A DNA stretch of 64,000 nucleotides from Gemmatimonadota bacterium (GTDB lineage: Bacteria > Gemmatimonadota > Gemmatimonadetes > Gemmatimonadales > GWC2-71-9): contig JANYLJ010000045.1 of NCBI GenBank assembly GCA_025357945.1, positions 10,392 to 74,391 of the forward strand, given 5' to 3'. Below, piece by piece: positions 57,054 to 64,000 of the stretch. The position numbers were made by a program, and so were the translations under genes. Position 1 is the stretch's first letter; each line of letters opens with the position of its first letter. The notes below the pieces were generated by a model that saw nothing but the letters and a program-made list of their open reading frames with translations, searched no databases and was not told where the DNA came from.

Positions 57054-58544
57054 TCAGACGTCGTAGGTGTCGAGTTGTGCCCGCTGCAATACACCCGAGT
57101 AGTCCACATAGCAGACCTTGGTCTCGGAGTAGAAGTCGAACACTTCCCAGCCGCCCTCGCGGTGGCCGTTGCCGGTCTGCTTCACGCCGCCAAACGGCAG
57201 GTGTGCTTCGGCGCCGATGGTCGGGGCGTTGACGTAGGTGATGCCGTTCTGGAGGTCGTCCATCGCCCGGAAGGCAAGGTTCACATCGCTGGTGTAAATC
57301 GAACTCGACAAGCCGTACTTCACCTCGTTGTTGACCTTGGCGGCGTGCTCGTATGACCCGACGCGGATGACACTGAGCACTGGGCCGAAGATCTCCTCGG
57401 TCGCCAGCCGCGATCCCGGCTTGACGCCCACCACAACCGTGGGCCGGTAGAAGTAGCCGTTCGCAGTGCGCGCCCCCCTCGGGCGCGAGCCGCCGCAGGC
57501 CACCTCCGCCCCCTGCAGCACCGCCGGGTCGAGGTAGTACTCCACCTTTTCGCGCGCCGCCGCGTGGATCAATGGCCCGACCTGCGTGCGCGCCCCGCGG
57601 CCATCGCCGAGCACCAGCTTGCCGGCCGCCGCCACCAGCCGGGACACCAGCTTGTCGTGCACCTTGCGATGCACGATCAGCCGCGACGTGGCAGTGCAGC
57701 GCTGCCCGGTGGTGCCGAACGCGCCCCAGAGCACGCCATCAACCGCCAGGTCGAGGTCGGCGTCGTCCATCACGATGATCGCGTTCTTGCCGCCCATCTC
57801 GAGTGAGAGTCGCTTGTGCATCCGCCCGCAGACCTGGCCGATCGCGGAGCCCGTGACCGTTGACCCGGTAAACGAAATCGCCGGCACGCCGGGATGTTCC
57901 ACCAGTGCCTTCCCCGCTGCTTCGCCGCCGTGGACCAGTTGAATCACGTTCGGTGGCACGCCGGCTTCGAGCAGGATCTCTACCAGCAGGTGTGCCGTGT
58001 GCGGCACGTCTTCGGACGGCTTGAGCACCACGCTGTTGCCGCAGAGCAACGCCGGAAACGCTTTCCACGTGGGGATCGCCATCGGGAAGTTGAACGGCGT
58101 GATCAGGCCGCAGACACCGATCGGGCGGCGCACGGTCATCGCCCATTTCCGCCGCAATTCTGACGGAACCGTGCGCCCGAACAGCCGGCGTCCTTCGGTC
58201 GCCGCGTAGTAGGCGGTATCGATGCCTTCCTGCACATCGCCCCGGGTCTCGGCCAGCACCTTCCCCATCTCACGGGTCATCGCGTCCGCAATCTCGTCCT
58301 TGCGCGCGACGAGCAGGTCGCCAACGCGGCGCAGTACCTCGCCGCGCAATGGTGCCGGCGTGCGAGACCACTGCTCGAAGCCCGCCTGTGCCGAGCGAAC
58401 GGCGGCGGCGACGTCGGCCGCACCGGAGTCGGGAAATCGGCCGATCAGGTCGTTCGTGTCGGCCGGATTGCGATTCTGGAAGTACCGACCGGTGAGTGGC
58501 TCGGTCCACTTGCCGCCAATGAAATTCTTGAACGTCTTCGCCAT
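57054..58544 (-). CDS. NAD(P)-dependent aldehyde dehydrogenase family protein
   Basis: The sequence includes [17 protein letters not shown] and the catalytic-Cys motif GQRCTATSR. Confidence 0.92.
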   Translation of the reverse strand: MAKTFKNFIGGKWTEPLTGRYFQNRNPADTNDLIGRFPDSGAADVAAAVRSAQAGFEQWSRTPAPLRGEVLRRVGDLLVARKDEIADAMTREMGKVLAETRGDVQEGIDTAYYAATEGRRLFGRTVPSELRRKWAMTVRRPIGVCGLITPFNFPMAIPTWKAFPALLCGNSVVLKPSEDVPHTAHLLVEILLEAGVPPNVIQLVHGGEAAGKALVEHPGVPAISFTGSTVTGSAIGQVCGRMHKRLSLEMGGKNAIIVMDDADLDLAVDGVLWGAFGTTGQRCTATSRLIVHRKVHDKLVSRLVAAAGKLVLGDGRGARTQVGPLIHAAAREKVEYYLDPAVLQGAEVACGGSRPRGARTANGYFYRPTVVVGVKPGSRLATEEIFGPVLSVIRVGSYEHAAKVNNEVKYGLSSSIYTSDVNLAFRAMDDLQNGITYVNAPTIGAEAHLPFGGVKQTGNGHREGGWEVFDFYSETKVCYVDYSGVLQRAQLDTYDV

Positions 58545-58560
58545 GCGAGTTGGTCTCAGG

Positions 58561-59022
58561 TCAGGGACAGGCCCACAGGAGGCGCACGCCGACGACGTTC
58601 GTGCGCTGAATGATTTCGACCGTAGCGAACGCGAGGCCCGCCAACATCACCAACAGGCCGGCGATGTGCGCCACGCCCCGCCGGTGCGTCCACGCGTTCC
58701 GCATCGTCCAGATACCCACGACGATTACCGCAAACGTGGCGAGCAGGTAGAGGTAGAGCATGGTGCCACACGACTTCGCGTAGGGCCAGAATGGAAGGGC
58801 AGCGGCCGCGGCAACGCCCAGGAGCGCCTGCACCCAGACGCCGGCGATGTGATGGCCGCGCGTGACGATCCCGGTGGCGGACTTGGCGAGCGATGCGGTC
58901 GGCCTCGGTTCGCCTGGGCGCACCGGCAGAGCCGGCGCGCTCGGGGCAGCGGGCGCGGTGCCCTTTGCCAGCAGCTTGTCGATCTCGGCCATCTCCTTGT
59001 CCCAGTCACGCGGTCCGGTCAT
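58561..59022 (-). CDS. Hypothetical small membrane protein (3 predicted TM helices)
   Basis: There is an ATGA overlap with the upstream regulator gene. The TM segments are VWVQALLGVAAAAALPFW, LYLYLLATFAVIVVGIW and IAGLLVMLAGLAFATV. Confidence 0.6.
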   Translation of the reverse strand: MTGPRDWDKEMAEIDKLLAKGTAPAAPSAPALPVRPGEPRPTASLAKSATGIVTRGHHIAGVWVQALLGVAAAAALPFWPYAKSCGTMLYLYLLATFAVIVVGIWTMRNAWTHRRGVAHIAGLLVMLAGLAFATVEIIQRTNVVGVRLLWACP

Positions 59023-60407
59023 CGCTGCTCCCGCTCGATCCCGTACTTCTCGATCTTGTTGTACAGATTCGACCGCGGCATGCCGAGCACCCGCGCCGTT
59101 TCGGCCACGTTCCAGTGATGCTCGTGCAGGCGCGCGATCAGGAAGGCGCGCTCGGCGTCGCCGCGGAATTCCGAGAACGTGCGGTCGCCAGCGTCTGCGG
59201 CGAGTTTGTCCGGCTCGATCGGCGGGCCGCTGTCCGGCGGGAGGACCAGGTCGACATCCTCCTCGGTCACCTCTTCGCCAACGGCAAGAATAAGCAGTCG
59301 CTCCACCGCGTTGCGCAGCTCCCGCACGTTCCCGGGCCAGTGCCGGCGCTGGAGACGGCGCAGCGCATCGCCACTGAATGGTTTCGGGGTCATTCCCGGT
59401 CCGGCGCCGAGGGCGGCGACGAAATGGGACACGAGGGCGGGCACATCCTCCAGGCGCTGGCGCAGTGGCGGCACCTGGATCGGCATCACGTTGAGGCGGA
59501 AGTAAAGATCTTCGCGGAAGCGCCCGCCAGTGATCTCATCGGCGAGGTCGCGATTGGTCGCCGCGATTACGCGCACGTCGACGGCGATCGGCTTGGCATC
59601 GCCGACACGCACGATGACGCCTTCCTGCAACGCACGCAGGATCTTCGCCTGTGCATTCAGCGCCAGGTCGCCGATTTCATCGAGGAAGAGCGTGCCGCCG
59701 TCAGCAGCTTCGAACTTGCCGGCCTGGTCGCCCGAGGCGCCGGTGAACGACCCCTTCACGTGCCCGAAGAGCTCGCTCTCGACCAGCTCGCTCGGAATCG
59801 CAGCACAGTTGACCTCCACGAACGGGCCACGCTTGCGGGCCGAGCCCTCGTGGATCGCGCGGGCGACGAGTTCCTTGCCAGTGCCGTTCTCGCCGCTGAT
59901 CAGCACCCGCGCGTTGGTGGGCGCCACGCGCGCCACCAGTTCCCGGATTTTCTGCAATCCGGCGCTGGTGCCTACCATCGCGAACCGCGAGTCGGTGGCG
60001 CGCGCCAGTCCTTCACGTAGTTGCGCGTTTTCGCTCGCCAGGCGCCGGTGCTCGAGCGCCCGCAGCACCGTCACCAGCAGGCGATCGGAGTCGAGCGGCT
60101 TTTCGAGGAAATCGAAGGCGCCGTGCTGCACGGCCTGGACGGCGGTCGTGATGGTGCCGTGCCCGGAGATCATCACGACCCGCGCGTCGGGGTCCTGCAG
60201 GCGGAGTTGCTGCAGCGTGTCGATCCCGTCGATGCCCTGCATCTTGATGTCGAGCAGGATCAGGTCGAACGGGTGGGCGCGATGGTTGGCCAGCGCCTCG
60301 CCACCCGACGACGCGGTTGCCACCTCGTACCCTTCATACCCGAGCACTTGCGCGAGCACGTCGCGAATCGACCGCTCGTCGTCGACGACGAGGATGCGAC
60401 CCTTCAC
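59019..60407 (-). CDS. Sigma54-dependent response regulator (NtrC family: receiver, AAA+ and Fis-type HTH domains)
   Basis: The receiver domain contains ILVVDDE...LILLDIKMQGIDG. The AAA+ domain contains GENGTGKE and ESELFGH, with the GAFTGA-variant GSFTGA. The C-terminal HTH contains WNVAETARVLGMPRSNLYNKI. Confidence 0.92.
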   Translation of the reverse strand: MKGRILVVDDERSIRDVLAQVLGYEGYEVATASSGGEALANHRAHPFDLILLDIKMQGIDGIDTLQQLRLQDPDARVVMISGHGTITTAVQAVQHGAFDFLEKPLDSDRLLVTVLRALEHRRLASENAQLREGLARATDSRFAMVGTSAGLQKIRELVARVAPTNARVLISGENGTGKELVARAIHEGSARKRGPFVEVNCAAIPSELVESELFGHVKGSFTGASGDQAGKFEAADGGTLFLDEIGDLALNAQAKILRALQEGVIVRVGDAKPIAVDVRVIAATNRDLADEITGGRFREDLYFRLNVMPIQVPPLRQRLEDVPALVSHFVAALGAGPGMTPKPFSGDALRRLQRRHWPGNVRELRNAVERLLILAVGEEVTEEDVDLVLPPDSGPPIEPDKLAADAGDRTFSEFRGDAERAFLIARLHEHHWNVAETARVLGMPRSNLYNKIEKYGIEREQR

Positions 60408-61036
60408 TGCATCACTCCGTGCCGATAGATCACCACGCCATCAGGTCGCACGCGAAACCCTCCGACCGTTTGCGGCAGCACGACCTCCAGGCGCCCGTCA
60501 TTTCCGCGGCCACTTGCGTGCGTCGCGAGGCGGGCGATCAGATTGCTCGGTAGCGGGATGCCGTGCACCGTCAGATGCTGGAGCTGGAGTTCCGCCAGCC
60601 CGGCGTGCACGGGCGTCAACGTGCCGCGGAGGATGACCTCCTCAAACCGTTCCGGGCGACCCGGGATCAGTGCCCGCCAACGCGCCGGGATGCTGGCGCT
60701 GTCGACCAGCGTGCGAATTCGCGCGGTTCGATCACCGAGTTCGATGCTGATCGAATCGAAGGTAACCCCCGGCAGAAAGGTTGTTCCCTGGGCCAGCAAC
60801 GATGCCATTTCGCTCGCCGTCAGGACGACGGAATCCTGCCGGGTTCGCTGCAGCGAATCCAGCTTGACGATCGCCGCGTGCAATGCACTGGCTGACGGAC
60901 GCCCGACGCGGGCCGCGGCGGTGGCCGGGTGGAGTTGCCGGTCGGTCCACCGGCGGATGTCATCGCGATAGAGCCACGCGGCGGCGGCGGCGACCACGAG
61001 GACAGCCAGCAGGATGAGTCGACCGAGGCAGCGCAT
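60404..61036 (-). CDS. Hypothetical membrane-anchored protein
   Basis: There is a single N-terminal TM segment, LGRLILLAVLVVAAAAAWL. Its stop overlaps the regulator's GTG (GTGA). Confidence 0.55.
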   Translation of the reverse strand: MRCLGRLILLAVLVVAAAAAWLYRDDIRRWTDRQLHPATAAARVGRPSASALHAAIVKLDSLQRTRQDSVVLTASEMASLLAQGTTFLPGVTFDSISIELGDRTARIRTLVDSASIPARWRALIPGRPERFEEVILRGTLTPVHAGLAELQLQHLTVHGIPLPSNLIARLATHASGRGNDGRLEVVLPQTVGGFRVRPDGVVIYRHGVMQ

Positions 61037-61141
61037 GGAGGAAAAGCTATACTGGCCGTGCCGCTCAACGCTGCCGACGCGCGGTACCCAGTCCAGCCGA
61101 GCCGCCTTCTTTCCGCCTTGCCGCCCGGTTAGCGTCCACCC

Positions 61142-61576
61142 ATGGCCGACAGCGACGAGGTCCGGGTTTCTTCTCTGCTCACGGTCCCCCGCGACGAACT
61201 TGTGCTCCGGGCCTCACGCAGCGGCGGCCCCGGCGGCCAGCACGTCAACACCTCGTCGACCCGCATTGAGCTGGTCTGGGACGTCGGCACCTCGCCCTCT
61301 CTCGACAACCACCAGCGCGGCTACCTCATGAAGCGGCTCGCGACCCGGCTCGACTCTGAAGGCAAGCTGCGGATCGTCGCCCAGGAAGAACGGAGCCAGC
61401 TACGCAACCGCGAAGCAGCGATCGAGCGCTTCAGAGACGTCGTCGCGAGGGCACTGGTGGTCCCGAAGCAGCGGAAACGAACCAGGCCTCCGAAGTCATC
61501 GAAACGCGCCCGGCTGGAATCGAAGAAGAAGCGCGGCGCGCTCAAGCGCGACCGGCGGCGACCGTCAGAGGAATGA
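61142..61576 (+). CDS. arfB: Alternative ribosome-rescue factor ArfB (peptidyl-tRNA hydrolase, GGQ domain with basic tail)
   Basis: The sequence includes SGGPGGQHVNTSSTRIEL and the Lys/Arg-rich C-terminal tail KQRKRTRPPKSSKRARLESKKKRG. Confidence 0.88.
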   Translation: MADSDEVRVSSLLTVPRDELVLRASRSGGPGGQHVNTSSTRIELVWDVGTSPSLDNHQRGYLMKRLATRLDSEGKLRIVAQEERSQLRNREAAIERFRDVVARALVVPKQRKRTRPPKSSKRARLESKKKRGALKRDRRRPSEE

Positions 61577-62025
61577 TGCAGCGAATAATTGTTGCTTGCG
61601 GCGCGCTGTGCGCCCTCGCGATGACGCACCCCGTGCGAGCGACCGCGCAGCAGATCGACATGCGCAACGGGACATGGCGTGGCTGGCTGCTGCAACAGGA
61701 CCAGGACAGCATTCCAGTGTCGTACGCGGTGTCACACGACGACAAACACCTGCTGATCACGTTACGCGGCCGGAGCGGCGTCATCTATGACATGTCCGAC
61801 GCCACGGTGAGGGACGACGTCCTGACCTTTGACTGGCCGATGGGATTCAGCTCCGTACTCTATTGCCGACTCACTCGGCGCGACGGCAGGAGCTTTGAAG
61901 GAACCTGCAACGATCGCAGTCCCGGTCAGACGGGCAAGGGGATCCGGGTGTGGATGCTGATGAATCCCCCCGCGCGCGACTCTACTTTCCAGCGTCCAGA
62001 TGGTCCCAGTTCACGATCGCGTTGA
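61573..62025 (+). CDS. Hypothetical secreted protein
   Basis: There is an ATGA overlap with arfB and a signal peptide, ACGALCALAMTHPVRATAQQ. Its 3' end overlaps the convergent gene by 44 nt. Confidence 0.5.
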   Translation: MMQRIIVACGALCALAMTHPVRATAQQIDMRNGTWRGWLLQQDQDSIPVSYAVSHDDKHLLITLRGRSGVIYDMSDATVRDDVLTFDWPMGFSSVLYCRLTRRDGRSFEGTCNDRSPGQTGKGIRVWMLMNPPARDSTFQRPDGPSSRSR

Positions 62026-64000
62026 ATCCCATCGCGAACGTGCCCTGCGTCTGCCACCGCCAGAACGGCCGGAACGCGAACATCACGATGTGACCCTTCC
62101 CCACCGATTCATCGATCAGGGTCGCCCGGCTGGAAAGTCCTTCGCCGCCGGCGAGCGTGCCCGAGAGCAACATGTCGGACGCCTTGTCCGGGAACTGCAT
62201 TACGACGCGAAGCCGGGAGGCGGAATCCGCTGTGACCCCGGGTAGCGTCGTTAGTCCACTGCCAGCGCTCAGTGCCACAGCACCGCCCCGCCCGCCGCGG
62301 GCGCCACCGCTCTCGGGCGCCGCGTTCGCCGGTGCCGGTAACATCCCGTATCCCAGCCCGGTTCCGTCCGGGTCCCAGGCTGACAGCGTTAACGGGCGAG
62401 CCATCGGCGTGATGTACTGGCTCAGGCCAACTGCCACGCGGCCTCCCTCACCCGCGCCCGCGGGTGCCACCGGCGGCTGCCCCGTGTTGAAGACCGGCGC
62501 CTGCGAGAAGTAGATCGGCACCTCATTGTACCTGTAGCCATACACCAGCGGACTGGTCCGATCGATGATCCTCCCTCGCAGGATCGTCCCAGCAGCGAAC
62601 AGTCCACCGGGCTGCTCGGTCTTGAGCCCGGGTGTGAGGCCCAGGTTTGGAAAAATCGCCGCCGTGTTCCCCTCGGTGATCAGCGTGCCACCCTGCTGCA
62701 CGAATTCGTAGAGCGCCTTCATTCCCTCTGGTCCAGCGCCACCATTGACGTCATCGGTCGAGTCGGGAGAGCCAAGTGCCTGGAATTCGGGCGTGCGCTT
62801 GTAGGGAATTGGTGTCGTAGCGGCCGTCGCGGGTCCGGTCGGCTGCGCACCGCCACGTCCACCGCCGCCCGCTCCGCCGCCACCGTGCGGGTAGATGATC
62901 ACGTCATACTTGACGCGAAGACTTCCTGCCTTGAGCATCGGTTCGCCGAAATAGTTGTACGGCACCTTGTAATAGTCGAGTGCGGCACGCACCCACCCCT
63001 CGTCCTGGGTGCGGGACCAGCTGTGCACGTACCCGATCCGCGGTACCGTGAGGTCGTGCGTCTTGACCGCCGGCGCCGACGCCATCGCCCAGGCGCTCAC
63101 GCCCAGCTCCTTGAGCGCGGGACTGAGCTGCGCGGCGTTCGCGTTCGCGATGATGAACGAGCCCGCCTTGAAGTGGTGGCCGCCAGCATTGAAGTCCGCC
63201 TCGGCCGCCTGCATCTTCACGGCGCCGAGCCGGAACCGGAACGTCACCAGCGTGTTGTCACTCACGTTCTCCACGACCACCACTGATCCAGTCCCGGTGA
63301 TGCCGCCGGGCGCCGTGACGTTGCCCGTGACCGCGGTCATCGGCTGCTTGAGCGCGCTGGAGTCCGTGAGTGCGGTGACCGTGATGTTTCGCATCAGCGG
63401 AAAGGTCCAGCCGGTGTCATCGTACGGCGACGGATTTCCCGGCGGATAGTTCTGCAGCGAGAAGTACATGTCGGCCAGCGTGCGATACGGCTGGTCGCCG
63501 CGTACGATGTAGTCGCCCGCTTCCACCGGCACCGGGCCGGCCTTGAACGCCGACGTCGCACGGTGGAATTCGAGTCCCTGCGTGAGCAGCTCATTCACCG
63601 CCTCGGCCGCGTTCTCCTTGGCGTGCTGTCCGGCGGGAATTACCCAGCCGTAGATCGGGCCGTTGCGTCCGCGGTTCACGGCGTTCCGGTTCTTGAGCCA
63701 GTAGTTCTCCAGGAACATCTCGCGGTCCTTCGCCACCCGGCTCAGGGCGAAGAGAATCGCCGATTCCTGGATGTTGGTATTGGCGCGCGCGCTCCACTTG
63801 ATCGACGGCAGCGGTGGATTGGGCCGGAACCATTCCCGGCTGATCGTCGTCGGGCCGGGCCGGACCGTGCTGGTGTCGGGGCCGTAACTCTGCACCTCGT
63901 AGAAACGGCCGACGGCGTTGTGGGTGTGGGCCACGAAAAACATGTAGTTCGGCACCCAGCCATCGTAGAAACCGTAGGTCCAGACACCCGGCACGCCACG
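61982..64000 (-). CDS. Large secreted protein, C-terminal approximately 670 aa (gene continues beyond the window); possibly M14-peptidase-associated, with a GATase1-like C-terminal domain
   Basis: The frame stays open to position 64000. A Gly-rich linker, GGGGAGGGGRGG, is followed by YEFVQQGGTLITEGN. The functional label is a low-confidence recollection, but the coding call itself is solid because this is one long ORF with consistent GC3-rich codon usage. Confidence 0.55.
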   Translation of the reverse strand, partial: RGVPGVWTYGFYDGWVPNYMFFVAHTHNAVGRFYEVQSYGPDTSTVRPGPTTISREWFRPNPPLPSIKWSARANTNIQESAILFALSRVAKDREMFLENYWLKNRNAVNRGRNGPIYGWVIPAGQHAKENAAEAVNELLTQGLEFHRATSAFKAGPVPVEAGDYIVRGDQPYRTLADMYFSLQNYPPGNPSPYDDTGWTFPLMRNITVTALTDSSALKQPMTAVTGNVTAPGGITGTGSVVVVENVSDNTLVTFRFRLGAVKMQAAEADFNAGGHHFKAGSFIIANANAAQLSPALKELGVSAWAMASAPAVKTHDLTVPRIGYVHSWSRTQDEGWVRAALDYYKVPYNYFGEPMLKAGSLRVKYDVIIYPHGGGGAGGGGRGGAQPTGPATAATTPIPYKRTPEFQALGSPDSTDDVNGGAGPEGMKALYEFVQQGGTLITEGNTAAIFPNLGLTPGLKTEQPGGLFAAGTILRGRIIDRTSPLVYGYRYNEVPIYFSQAPVFNTGQPPVAPAGAGEGGRVAVGLSQYITPMARPLTLSAWDPDGTGLGYGMLPAPANAAPESGGARGGRGGAVALSAGSGLTTLPGVTADSASRLRVVMQFPDKASDMLLSGTLAGGEGLSSRATLIDESVGKGHIVMFAFRPFWRWQTQGTFAMGFNAIVNWDHLDAGK

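Overview
This is a visibly GC-rich, very gene-dense bacterial chromosomal segment with about 60 protein genes and 2 tRNAs. I saw no rRNA, no CRISPR array, and no recognisable transposase, integrase or phage genes. Most content is housekeeping. It includes gltX, trxA, rsmI, pdxJ, ispE, prs-rplY-pth, hppA, ychF, rpsF-rpsR-rplI, rsfS, smc, a DAHP synthase, tmk, prmC-prfA-rpmE and arfB. Mixed in are envelope and periplasmic genes: M28, S41 and M14-like peptidases, SpoIID, LolA-like, SPOR, DUF4105, and a PD40/Omp85 fusion. The gene content (DUF4159/DUF4175-like module, HExxH-PD40-Omp85 protein) together with high GC suggests a Gemmatimonadota-like or other FCB-group-related organism, but this is a low-confidence inference. 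Genes lie in long same-strand arrays whose stop and start codons overlap (ATGA, GTGA, TTGA, GTGATG). High GC also creates many long antisense shadow ORFs in the six-frame track, up to 998 aa opposite smc, which I rejected. I see no clear-cut new mobile or defence island. The candidates most worth follow-up are listed here.
- A RadC-like JAB/JAMM domain fused to an Fe-S DinG-family helicase.
- A translationally coupled DUF4159 / DUF4175-like / TPR / Tat-exported GATase1-like envelope module that lacks the usual MoxR-DUF58-vWA partners.
- A protein with two His-less HPt-like bundles and a tandemly repeated D-I-A-S-L-A-P-D motif.
- An outer-membrane HExxH-PD40-Omp85 fusion.
- A kinase-less sigma54 activator flanked by two small membrane proteins.
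- Two genes whose only plausible start is a CTG inside a CTGA stop/start overlap.
- A recurrent TATCTT(T/G) box upstream of housekeeping genes.
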